A DNA stretch of 13,482 bases from a virus (taxonomy: Duplodnaviria; Heunggongvirae; Uroviricota; Caudoviricetes). The position numbers and the translations under genes are program-made. Within the stretch, counting starts at the first letter, position 1. Each line of letters starts with the position of its first letter. The notes beneath the pieces are model-generated. The model searched no databases. It saw nothing but the letters and a program-made list of their open reading frames with translations, and was not told where the DNA came from. The stretch spans positions 1-13,482 of the IMG/VR virus record IMGVR_UViG_2541047885_000013; one strand, 5' to 3'. Positions 1-7,207 of this stretch are shown here, piece after piece.

Positions 1-1284
1 TTACTTCTTCGCCTCTGCAACCACTTTACTACCCACGCCGCGGTTATTGTATTCCCACATGCGGTTGTAGTTAGTGTCATTCAGATTGCGCTGTATTTCG
101 TCGTTATCATCTACGCTGCCGGTATTACCCGCAAACGGACGATTAGAGATCACCGCATCGGCCCACGGTTTAGCCGTGTTAAAACCTTCGTTGATGGCGC
201 TATCACGGATCACCACCTGACCGTTGGTATTGGCATCAACATCCAGCGAGCGGCCCAGTTGCGCCACACCATCACCGAAAGCATTGAAACGGCTGTTTAC
301 GGCGAGGAAACCGTAGTAAATGTTGGACAGCGTAGCCGGTGCAAACACATACGCTTCTTGCTGAGTACGTGAGTTCACCACGCGGAATTCGGTGTTATCG
401 AACACCACTGCGCCGCGACCAGAAACGATATCCACATCCCCTTCAATGTAGCTGTTGGTCACCAGCGTACGCGGCTGACGATTCGTTTCCAGACGGTTCT
501 GCACACCGCTGTTGGTGACAAAGAAGGTGTTCTGACGACCGAGAATGTTAACGTTGTTAATCTGTACCTGGTCACCATCAGTACGCAGTGCCACCGCCGG
601 ATGGTTACCTGCATCTACGCTATCGCCCAGCGTGTTTTCGATGGTCAGATTTTGCAGTTGCAGGCCATTGTTTTGTGACCAGAAGACCGCAGAGCAGAGA
701 ACACCGATACTGTCGCTGCGTTTGCTCTGGCAGCTATCGTACATATACCACGCTGGTTTACCTGGCATATATTTGCCGCGCGGGTTGACGTCGTGACGCC
801 AGTCGGCAGGGCTCATGCCACCATCAAGGGAAAGCCCAATCTTCACATCAATCGGTTTTTCACCTGTACCGTACAGAGTAATTCCACCCGGAGCGGCAGG
901 GACATATACCGTTCCCTGATACTCACCAGGCATCACGGCAATATACTGGCGCTTGTTGGTACGCTTGATAATTGCCGCATCTACCGCCGCCTGAATCGTG
1001 GTATGCGTTACACCTTGAGTGCCCGCCGGGCCGACAACAAAGTCAGGTTGCGCAGGCAGGGTAATCGGGGAAGGATTCCACGCTGCAGCACCTGGTGTCA
1101 GGGATGAAAAATAGTGTTGAGCATCGAAATTCTGCGCTTCTTTTGCCGACAGAATCGGGCGAGAAGAGGTACCAGGCGCGGTTTGATCAGAAGGACGTTG
1201 ATCGGGCGGGGTTGAGCTACAGGCGGTCAGCGTCACGCCAAAAGCCAATGCCAGCGCCAGACGGGAAACTGAAAATGTGTTCAC
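1..1284 (-). CDS. ybhC: YbhC, putative pectinesterase-family outer-membrane lipoprotein (host gene flanking attλ)
   Basis: Complete 427-aa ORF from the track; N-terminus has a lipoprotein signal with lipobox LTAC; sequence matches my recollection of E. coli YbhC, which lies next to attλ on the gal side. The window begins at its stop codon. Confidence 0.85.
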   Translation of the reverse strand: MNTFSVSRLALALAFGVTLTACSSTPPDQRPSDQTAPGTSSRPILSAKEAQNFDAQHYFSSLTPGAAAWNPSPITLPAQPDFVVGPAGTQGVTHTTIQAAVDAAIIKRTNKRQYIAVMPGEYQGTVYVPAAPGGITLYGTGEKPIDVKIGLSLDGGMSPADWRHDVNPRGKYMPGKPAWYMYDSCQSKRSDSIGVLCSAVFWSQNNGLQLQNLTIENTLGDSVDAGNHPAVALRTDGDQVQINNVNILGRQNTFFVTNSGVQNRLETNRQPRTLVTNSYIEGDVDIVSGRGAVVFDNTEFRVVNSRTQQEAYVFAPATLSNIYYGFLAVNSRFNAFGDGVAQLGRSLDVDANTNGQVVIRDSAINEGFNTAKPWADAVISNRPFAGNTGSVDDNDEIQRNLNDTNYNRMWEYNNRGVGSKVVAEAKK

Positions 1285-1330
1285 AGGTTGCTCCGGGCTA
1301 TGAAATAGAAAAATGAATCCGTTGAAGCCT

Positions 1331-1420
1331 GCTTTTTTATACTAAGTTGGCATTATAAAAAAGCATTTCTTATCAACTTGTTGCAACGAACAGGTCACTA
1401 TCAGTCAAAATAAAATCATT
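1331..1420. other. attL: attL of a lambda-type prophage: 15-bp core GCTTTTTTATACTAA (1331-1345) followed by the P' arm
   Basis: Core is read directly at 1331-1345. The following GTTGGCATTATAAAAAAGCATT..CTTATCAA..TTGTTGCAACGAACAGGTCACTATCAGTCAAAATAAAATCATTATTTG matches the remembered lambda attP P' arm (Int arm-type sites) with about 2 mismatches. Host sequence lies to the left and int immediately to the right. Confidence 0.85.
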
Positions 1421-2489
1421 ATTTGATTTCAATTTTGTCCCACTCCCTGCCTCTGTCATCACGATACTGTGATGCCATGGTGTCCGACTTATGCCCGAGA
1501 AGATGTTGAGCAAACTTATCGCTTATCTGCTTCTCATAGAGTCTTGCAGACAAACTGCGCAACTCGTGAAAGGTAGGCGGATCCCCTTCGAAGGAAAGAC
1601 CTGATGCTTTTCGTGCGCGCATAAAATACCTTGATACTGTGCCGGATGAAAGCGGTTCACGACGAGTAGATGCAATTATGGTTTCTCCGCCAAGAATCTC
1701 TTTGCATTTATCAAGTGTTTCCTTCATTGATATCCCGAGAGCATCAACATGCAATGTTGTAGGGATGGCAATTTTTACGCCTGTTTTGCTTTGCTCGACA
1801 TAAAGATATCCATCTACGATATCAGACCACTTCATTTCGCATAAATCCCCAACTCGCTGCCCGGTAACAACAGCCAGTTCCATTGCAAGTCTGAGCCAAC
1901 ATGGTGATGATTCTGCTGCTTGATAAATTTTCAGGTATTCGTCAGCCGTAAGTCTTGATCTCCTTACCTCTGATTTTGCTGCGCGAGTGGCAGCGACCGG
2001 GTTTGTTGTTATATGGCCTTCAGCCATTGCCTCTCGGAATGCATCGCTCAGTGTTGATCTGATTAACTTGGCTGACGCCGCCTTGCCCTCGTCTATGTAT
2101 CCATTGAGCATTGCCGCAATTTCTTTTGTGGTGATGTCTTCAAGTGGAGCATCAGGCAGACCCCTCCTTATTGCTTTAATTTTGCTCATGTAATTTATGA
2201 GTGTCTTCTGCTTGATTCCTCTGTTGACGAGGATTTTTTCGTAGCGATCAAGCCATGAATGTAACGTAACAGAATTATCACTGTTGATTCTCGCTGTCAG
2301 AGGCTTGTGTTTGTGTCCTGAAAATAACTCAATGTTGGCCTGTATAGCTTCAGTGATTGCTATCCTCCTGTCTCGGCCTAAACCAAACTCTTTACCCGTC
2401 CTTGGGTCCCTGTAGCAGTAATATCCATTGTTTCTTATATAAAGGTTAGGGGGTAAATCCCGGCGCTCATGACTTCGCCTTCTTCCCAT
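1419..2489 (-). CDS. int: Integrase (tyrosine recombinase), lambda Int type
   Basis: 356-aa translation MGRRRSHERRDLPPNLYIRNNGYYCYRDPRTGKEF...RDDRGREWDKIEIK matches lambda Int over its full length from memory; position next to attL and overlap with xis are as in lambda. Confidence 0.96.
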   Translation of the reverse strand: MGRRRSHERRDLPPNLYIRNNGYYCYRDPRTGKEFGLGRDRRIAITEAIQANIELFSGHKHKPLTARINSDNSVTLHSWLDRYEKILVNRGIKQKTLINYMSKIKAIRRGLPDAPLEDITTKEIAAMLNGYIDEGKAASAKLIRSTLSDAFREAMAEGHITTNPVAATRAAKSEVRRSRLTADEYLKIYQAAESSPCWLRLAMELAVVTGQRVGDLCEMKWSDIVDGYLYVEQSKTGVKIAIPTTLHVDALGISMKETLDKCKEILGGETIIASTRREPLSSGTVSRYFMRARKASGLSFEGDPPTFHELRSLSARLYEKQISDKFAQHLLGHKSDTMASQYRDDRGREWDKIEIK

Positions 2490-2685
2490 TTCTGATCCTC
2501 TTCAAAAGGCTACCTGTTACTGGTCGATTTAAGTCAACCTTTACCGCTGATTCGTGGAACAGATACTCTCTTCCATCCTTAACCGGAGGAGGGAATATCC
2601 TGCATTCGCGCACCCATCGACGAACTGTTTCAAGGCTTCTTGGGCGTCGCTGGCGTGCGTTCCACTCCTGAAGTGTCAAGTACAT
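2467..2685 (-). CDS. xis: Excisionase, lambda Xis type
   Basis: 72-aa translation MYLTLQEWNARQRRPRSLETVRRWVRECRIFPPPVKDGREYLFHESAVKVDL... matches lambda Xis; its 3' end overlaps the int start by 23 nt as in lambda. Confidence 0.95.
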   Translation of the reverse strand: MYLTLQEWNARQRRPRSLETVRRWVRECRIFPPPVKDGREYLFHESAVKVDLNRPVTGSLLKRIRNGKKAKS

Positions 2686-2790
2686 CGCAAAGTCTCCGCA
2701 ATTACACGCAAGAAAAGCCGCATTGATGCGGCAATGGTAGGTCTGGATATCTTGAGAAATGAACGGGCCTCATCGAGTGTGAGGCTGTGG

Positions 2791-3135
2791 TTAGTCCTTG
2801 CGTAACTCGCTAATTCTTCTGTAAGTCTCTGGTGCTTTGTTTCCGTGTATCTTCATTTCAGACTTCAACAGAGCAACGAGGGAATCCCATTCGGTGAGGA
2901 TGCCTTTGAATGCCGGAACGCGCTTTGCAACCTTGTCGAATGAATCTCTGATTTCTGGGATCTGCTCAACCAGTGCAACGCATCGTCGGAAATCGGCTGC
3001 GTCATGTGGAGCGCCGAAGTGATGACCATAGATATTCTTTTTCAGTCCACATGCGATTGAGGCAAGAGTTGCGCTACTGATGCCGACATCGCCAGTCGAT
3101 TGCCATTTCAAAACCTTCATAGCCAAATCTGACAT
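2791..3135 (-). CDS. Hypothetical protein, 114 aa (accessory gene next to xis)
   Basis: Track ORF 2791..3162; I place the start at the internal ATG (MSDLAMKVLKWQ...) because GGAG sits about 8 nt upstream and the longer N-terminal extension would run through a terminator hairpin. No family recognised. Confidence 0.55.
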   Translation of the reverse strand: MSDLAMKVLKWQSTGDVGISSATLASIACGLKKNIYGHHFGAPHDAADFRRCVALVEQIPEIRDSFDKVAKRVPAFKGILTEWDSLVALLKSEMKIHGNKAPETYRRISELRKD

Positions 3136-3146
3136 TTCTTGTCTCC

Positions 3147-3172
3147 AATAAAAAACCGCCATCAGGCGGTTT
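3147..3172 (-). terminator. Intrinsic terminator-like hairpin (AACCGCC-TGAT-GGCGGTT followed by TTTTTTATT on the minus strand)
   Basis: Read from the sequence: 7-bp GC-rich stem, 4-nt loop and a T-run on the minus strand. The stop codon of the 55-aa ORF lies in the loop, and the T-run runs into the RBS of the 114-aa gene. Confidence 0.5.
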
Positions 3173-3329
3173 GGTGTTCTTTCAGTTCTTCAATTCGAAT
3201 ATTGGTTACGTCTGCATGCGCTATCTGCGCCCATATCATCCAGTGGTTATAGCAGTCGTTGATGTCCTCTGCTTCGATAACCCTGTCGAATGACTCTCCA
3301 TTCCATTCACCTGTGACTCGGAAGTGCAT
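3162..3329 (-). CDS. Small hypothetical protein, 55 aa (MHFRVTGEWNGESFDRVIEAEDINDCYNHWMIWAQIAHADVTNIRIEELKEHQTA)
   Basis: Hand-translated ORF, below the track length cutoff; GGAG lies 8 nt upstream of the ATG (tatGGAGatgataaATG); bracketed by terminator-like hairpins upstream and downstream. In a different frame from the track's 61-aa ORF 3236..3421. Confidence 0.45.
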   Translation of the reverse strand: MHFRVTGEWNGESFDRVIEAEDINDCYNHWMIWAQIAHADVTNIRIEELKEHQTA

Positions 3330-3339
3330 TTATCATCTC

Positions 3340-3367
3340 CATAAAACAAAACTCGCCGTAGCGAGTT
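3340..3367 (-). terminator. Terminator-like hairpin (AACTCGC-tacg-GCGAGTT followed by TTTGTTTTAT on the minus strand)
   Basis: Inverted repeat read directly, about 65 nt downstream of the DUF551 gene stop, with a T-rich tail on the minus strand. Confidence 0.4.
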
Positions 3368-3429
3368 CAGATAAAAGAAATCCCCGCGAGTGCGAGGATT
3401 GTTATTCACCTTTGACGGCAAGTTGAAGG

Positions 3430-4350
3430 TTAGCCACGGTTAACCCCCTGCGGCGGTTCTGGCAGCGGCATCCAGTGGGTTACGTCATCCAAGATATTTC
3501 CTGATAAATATGTGAAAGCTCTATATTTTTTGTAATCAATTGGACTCATTACCCAGTTCCAATATGCTGCCACTATTTGACCTTGACTAAATGCCAGTAA
3601 CATTTTGGTGTCGTCCGGCATTCGCTCACTACAGCTTATCCAACCATCCGGAGTTACCGGAACTTGTGGAATGGCTGTCTGCTCTCGAACGTCATTAGGC
3701 GCTATAGGTTCTGCTGCCAACTGACTGGCATATTTGTTAATGGTAACGATAAGCTCTTGCTCAGCCTCATCCAGACAATCACCGATACCTCGCCTGTCAC
3801 CGTCAAAATCATCGAAATCGGCACGAATCCTGGCAACCTTCAGGATTGCGGACAACACCTCACTAGGAATTGCCGGATAGTTGGTTGACGTTTCCGCGAT
3901 TTCCCGAAAATTATTGGTTGACGAATTCTTGTTTTCCCGAAAGTTTCCGGACTGAAGCATGGCGGCGCGGCAGGCGTTCCATATTTCGGCAGCAATATCG
4001 CGCTCGCTATCGGTTAATTTGTACGTTGAAACATAGCCAGAGAGCATTTCTACGTTTTCCGGAGTTGCTTCTTCAGGCACTACCGGTGCTGGAGGGGCGG
4101 CGTAAATGCCCTCTATCACTAAATGTTTGCGCTCAAAATCATCTGGCTCTCGATGATATACGTAACTCCAATCACCAAGGTTATCATTGCGCCTGCAACG
4201 GAAACCTATCGGCTCTGCTTCCAGCGATGCCAGAGCAATTCGTGCCAGTTCTTCCGCTTCTTCTGCTGGCAGTACAACGTTGCTACCAGGTCCGTATGTT
4301 TCGCGCCACTGCCTGATTGTCAGCAGTCGCTCTTTGGTAATAGTGGTCAT
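3430..4350 (-). CDS. DUF551-like prophage protein, 306 aa
   Basis: Track ORF; the C-terminal segment ending ...VTHWMPLPEPP resembles the DUF551 domain common in enterobacterial prophage early regions; the N-terminal two thirds are unassigned. Confidence 0.65.
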   Translation of the reverse strand: MTTITKERLLTIRQWRETYGPGSNVVLPAEEAEELARIALASLEAEPIGFRCRRNDNLGDWSYVYHREPDDFERKHLVIEGIYAAPPAPVVPEEATPENVEMLSGYVSTYKLTDSERDIAAEIWNACRAAMLQSGNFRENKNSSTNNFREIAETSTNYPAIPSEVLSAILKVARIRADFDDFDGDRRGIGDCLDEAEQELIVTINKYASQLAAEPIAPNDVREQTAIPQVPVTPDGWISCSERMPDDTKMLLAFSQGQIVAAYWNWVMSPIDYKKYRAFTYLSGNILDDVTHWMPLPEPPQGVNRG

Positions 4351-4360
4351 GTGTTAGTCC

Positions 4361-4624
4361 TTATCCTGCTGTACTTTCAACTGATGAGGGGAATAAAATC
4401 TTTTCATCAAATCCGGCATTCATATCATGAACAGCAACACACCAATCCATTGACGAACGATTATCAAGAGCTTCCATGATTTCATCCATGCGGCGCAGGT
4501 CATACAGGTAAATGCTTTTATCGCCAATGGTGTAAAAACCAATTTTTTTCGGTGATGGGCAGCGATCAAGAACGTCCTGTAATTCGCTCAACCATGCTTG
4601 TTCTTTTTTTGTCAAAGTTGCCAT
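4361..4624 (-). CDS. Hypothetical protein, 87 aa
   Basis: Track ORF in the same orientation and tightly packed with its neighbours (2-nt gap to the next gene); no family recognised. Confidence 0.5.
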   Translation of the reverse strand: MATLTKKEQAWLSELQDVLDRCPSPKKIGFYTIGDKSIYLYDLRRMDEIMEALDNRSSMDWCVAVHDMNAGFDEKILFPSSVESTAG

Positions 4625-4625
4625 A

Positions 4626-5168
4626 TCACTCTCCTTTGATGCGAATGTCAGCGACGCGTAATGCGTGTTCTAGGTCAATCAGGTAAAGCCAACTGCCATT
4701 TTCTTTAGGTATCATGACTTGTCGCTCATCTGCATTTATCGGGTGTCCATATCGAAGGTCGTAGCGAGTCGGTAATTGAACTTCCCGCGCTTCCAGTTCA
4801 GCAATACGCTTGCACCCATCAGAGATAACTCCCTCGTAATACTCGCGCTGCTCGTTGAGTTTTGATTTTGCTGCTTCAAGCTCAACGCGCAGCTTCCCAA
4901 CCGTAAGCGCAATATCCTCGTTCTCCTGGTCGCGGCGTTTGATGTATTGCAGGTTTCTTTCCCGTTCATCCAACAATGCCAGCACGGTTTCTGGTCAGGT
5001 CAGAAATTTGAAGGCGTTGAGCGCATCAATATCCACACCGTAATCTTTAAGTTCCTGTTCACTTATCAGATCATCATCAACTGGCAACATTAACAGGCGT
5101 TCCATTGCCGGAATTGCACGTTCTGCCGCCTCACGCAGCGCCAGTGTGTCGATGTCGATGTTGCTCAT
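4626..5168 (-). pseudogene. ea22-like coiled-coil gene interrupted by an in-frame TGA (5' part 4995..5168, 3' part 4626..4985)
   Basis: Track ORFs 4995..5192 and 4626..4985 are in the same frame, separated by one TGA and three sense codons (...FKFLT*PET-V-LALLDERER...). The 5' part has a strong RBS (GAGGAGG) before MSNIDIDTL. The 3' part begins at a GTG with no recognisable RBS. The combined length of about 180 aa is close to lambda Ea22 (182 aa, from memory). Confidence 0.45.
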
Positions 5169-5398
5169 TGTGCCTCCTCGATTTCGTCCCATTCCACCCA
5201 GGCATTCTCTCCATCAGCATCGATTTCACCTTTGTGACCGCATTTGGAACAAACGGCCTCATCACCCGCCCACAAAGAATCTTTGGTTACCGACCATCCT
5301 GTTACCTTGGCTTTGCCGTGCTGGCACTTAGGGCAATCATCAAGCCATTCGACTTCGACCATTGAAGGACCAAATCCATGTTCAGTTCGGATGCTCAT
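5165..5398 (-). CDS. Small zinc-ribbon protein, about 77 aa (two CxxC pairs: CPKC and CSKC)
   Basis: Track ORF 5165..5431; I prefer the start at MSIRTEHG because its ATG overlaps the stop of the upstream gene as ATGA. Its own stop overlaps the start of the ea22-like gene in the same way. Confidence 0.55.
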   Translation of the reverse strand: MSIRTEHGFGPSMVEVEWLDDCPKCQHGKAKVTGWSVTKDSLWAGDEAVCSKCGHKGEIDADGENAWVEWDEIEEAQ

Positions 5399-5943
5399 GA
5401 CTGAACTCCTTTGCGAATCTGTTCCGCCCATTCTTCAAGGGATTTCTCCGCATATTCACCGGACAGGCCATCAATCGGATGCGGTTCATTAGCCAACTCT
5501 TCTTTCGCTGACAAAATCATGCGTGTAACGTCGAAAACTTCACGCAAAGACTTATTGATAAATCCGTGATTGAACGCAGCAGCAAGACGGCTTGCGGTGT
5601 AGTTAATCCCCTCGTTGCGTGCCTCCGCACGTATTTCAGCCAGGAAAGCGTCGGTGTCTGTGGTTTCGATATCGTTAATTTCAGGAAGAATCTCTTCCCA
5701 TGTAGCGATATCGCCATTCAAATGCCATCCGGCAATTCCACTGGAGTTATCCGCAACACTGCGAACAGCTTCAATAGTTTCATGCATTGCCGCATTCTCA
5801 GCCGCCAGAGCAGCATATTTATCTTCAAGTTCACCGAATTTACGCACCAGATATTCAGCGTTTGTTTCGTTAACCTTTAAATCATTTGGGATGCATTTAC
5901 CTTTCAGAAAACCATCCATCTCAATTAGTGACATTTGTTTCAT
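5395..5943 (-). CDS. Hypothetical protein, 182 aa
   Basis: Track ORF; GGAG lies about 9 nt upstream of the ATG; coupled to flanking genes by ATGA overlaps. No family confidently recognised. Confidence 0.6.
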   Translation of the reverse strand: MKQMSLIEMDGFLKGKCIPNDLKVNETNAEYLVRKFGELEDKYAALAAENAAMHETIEAVRSVADNSSGIAGWHLNGDIATWEEILPEINDIETTDTDAFLAEIRAEARNEGINYTASRLAAAFNHGFINKSLREVFDVTRMILSAKEELANEPHPIDGLSGEYAEKSLEEWAEQIRKGVQS

Positions 5944-6104
5944 TTTTTCCCACTCCGCAACATCGCATTCAGATATTTGTTTTGATTCACTGATGGAAAA
6001 GAATTTCTTTTAAGCAATTCTTCTCTCGATGGCATTGGCTTTACGCGTTGGCGAATAATCATTTCTGCCGGAAGAATGCCGGGGTTGTATGCAAGTCCTC
6101 TCAT
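5940..6104 (-). CDS. Small hypothetical protein, 54 aa ([54 protein letters not shown])
   Basis: Hand-translated, below the track cutoff; its start overlaps the stop of the 93-aa gene (ATGA) and its stop overlaps the start of the 182-aa gene (ATGA). It fills an otherwise non-coding 160-nt gap. Confidence 0.4.
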   Translation of the reverse strand: MRGLAYNPGILPAEMIIRQRVKPMPSREELLKRNSFPSVNQNKYLNAMLRSGKK

Positions 6105-6382
6105 GATTTACTCTCCATGAACTGGTCAACAGCCATGCTAAGTGATACACCTAAAGTCTCGATATGCTGCTGAATATCCTGTAGCGTCTGCGCCTGAGAT
6201 AACAGGATTTCACGGTTGCATAACTCTTTGACCAGATGCTCAAACTTGCTGTAATAACCGATACGGCTTAGTGTTTCTTTCCCTGCATTCTCGCCTTCTT
6301 TGATAATTCCTCTTTCGCTAAGAATCAGATCGTGTTTGGTTCCGGTAATAACGTATTTGCCGAGGTCAATGTTTAGCTTCAT
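6101..6382 (-). CDS. Hypothetical protein, 93 aa
   Basis: Track ORF in operon orientation; no family recognised. Confidence 0.55.
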   Translation of the reverse strand: MKLNIDLGKYVITGTKHDLILSERGIIKEGENAGKETLSRIGYYSKFEHLVKELCNREILLSQAQTLQDIQQHIETLGVSLSMAVDQFMESKS

Positions 6383-6398
6383 TGTTAATTACTCCATG

Positions 6399-6713
6399 TT
6401 AATTTATTCGTATGCCTGCTCTTCCTTCATCGAGTTTTTTTAGCTTGTATCGCATAGCTCTCACTGAATAAATTGAGCGGCAGGTTGCAATTGCTATTTC
6501 TTCTGCGGAGAACTTACCGAAAAGTGATACTTCGGCTCTTGTCCAGCGTCTTCCACGAAGTCGGCTAACAATGTCAGCGCCAATCCTTGTTGCTTTCGCC
6601 ATTACTGCTTTTTCAGTCCTTTCCAGTTTTTCAGCGATAACTTCAACTGGCATTGTCGCCGCTACTTCGCGCAAGAAATCGACTTCCCATTTCTCCCATG
6701 GAGTCTTTTTCAT
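6399..6713 (-). CDS. Hypothetical protein, 104 aa, with two tandem HTH-like motifs
   Basis: Track ORF. Two internally similar segments (W-x3-E-V..(E/V)EIA...R(T/S)...V.A...) match the general pattern of sigma-region-4/LuxR-type helix-turn-helix motifs; this is a pattern judgement, not a search hit. Confidence 0.55.
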   Translation of the reverse strand: MKKTPWEKWEVDFLREVAATMPVEVIAEKLERTEKAVMAKATRIGADIVSRLRGRRWTRAEVSLFGKFSAEEIAIATCRSIYSVRAMRYKLKKLDEGRAGIRIN

Positions 6714-6724
6714 AGGCGATACCG

Positions 6725-7207
6725 TTATTTGATAAGAAGTGAAGGTTTCCCAACCTTGAGTTGAGCGCCTGGGATATTTATTCCTGCTTTTAGTTGGTGC
6801 TTGATTGCCAGTTTGTCGGCTTTAATTGTCGTTTCGAACTCAACGTATTCAGGAGGAAGGGCGCTTGAGTCGATGATTTCTACAATTTCTGACGGTTTGC
6901 GGATTGTTACCTGGTGAATACCTGCTCGAATATTTTTCTTGCCAACCATTTCAAGCGATGACGCTATATATGATTTGATGCTGTCAATCTTATTTTGAAT
7001 TACTGCGGCTCGCTCATTCAGTGACTTTGCCTCTTCCTTGAGGCGTTCAGCATAACCAGATTCATTTTTAATGACGGAAAGAAGTTGCTCTATTTTATCG
7101 GTAAATTCTCCTTCCATGCCTTCTATTGTGTCAGCAATCATCTCTGGTTCTAAATCTGAATCCATCAATTTTGCGTATTCATTGGCAATTTCATATAGTT
7201 TGCTCAC
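6725..7207 (-). CDS. Coiled-coil protein resembling the siphovirus Gp157 family, often found beside phage recombinases
   Basis: Track ORF 6725..7213 begins at a TTG; I prefer the GTG start two codons in (GGAGG about 6 nt upstream). The family assignment is from recollection and the genomic context directly downstream of recT. Confidence 0.4.
   Translation of the reverse strand: MSKLYEIANEYAKLMDSDLEPEMIADTIEGMEGEFTDKIEQLLSVIKNESGYAERLKEEAKSLNERAAVIQNKIDSIKSYIASSLEMVGKKNIRAGIHQVTIRKPSEIVEIIDSSALPPEYVEFETTIKADKLAIKHQLKAGINIPGAQLKVGKPSLLIK

Noticed and set aside
545-1316. Plus-strand track ORFs (545..796, 588..788, 793..1107, 1095..1316) inside ybhC
   Set aside because: They are antisense to a well-supported full-length host gene, with no RBS or start context; they are frame artefacts.
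1987-2193. 68-aa plus-strand ORF inside int
   Set aside because: Antisense to the lambda-type integrase; a low-complexity translation.
2554-3022. Plus-strand ORFs 2554..2805 and 2837..3022
   Set aside because: Antisense to xis and the 114-aa gene; no supporting signals.
3236-3421. 61-aa minus-strand track ORF
   Set aside because: It is in a different frame from the RBS-supported 55-aa ORF (3162..3329) and runs through the upstream hairpin; the shorter ORF is the better model.
3664-4479. Plus-strand ORFs 3664..3888, 3870..4316 and 4123..4479
   Set aside because: Antisense to the DUF551-like and 87-aa genes.
4736-5043. Minus ORF 4736..4969 and plus ORF 4855..5043 overlapping the ea22-like gene
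   Set aside because: Alternative-frame or antisense overlaps with a coiled-coil gene that has an RBS; no independent support.
5105-6013. ORFs 5105..5365, 5146..5331, 5244..5492, 5517..5717, 5566..5880 and 5615..6013
   Set aside because: Antisense or out-of-frame overlaps with the zinc-ribbon and 182-aa genes; low-complexity translations.
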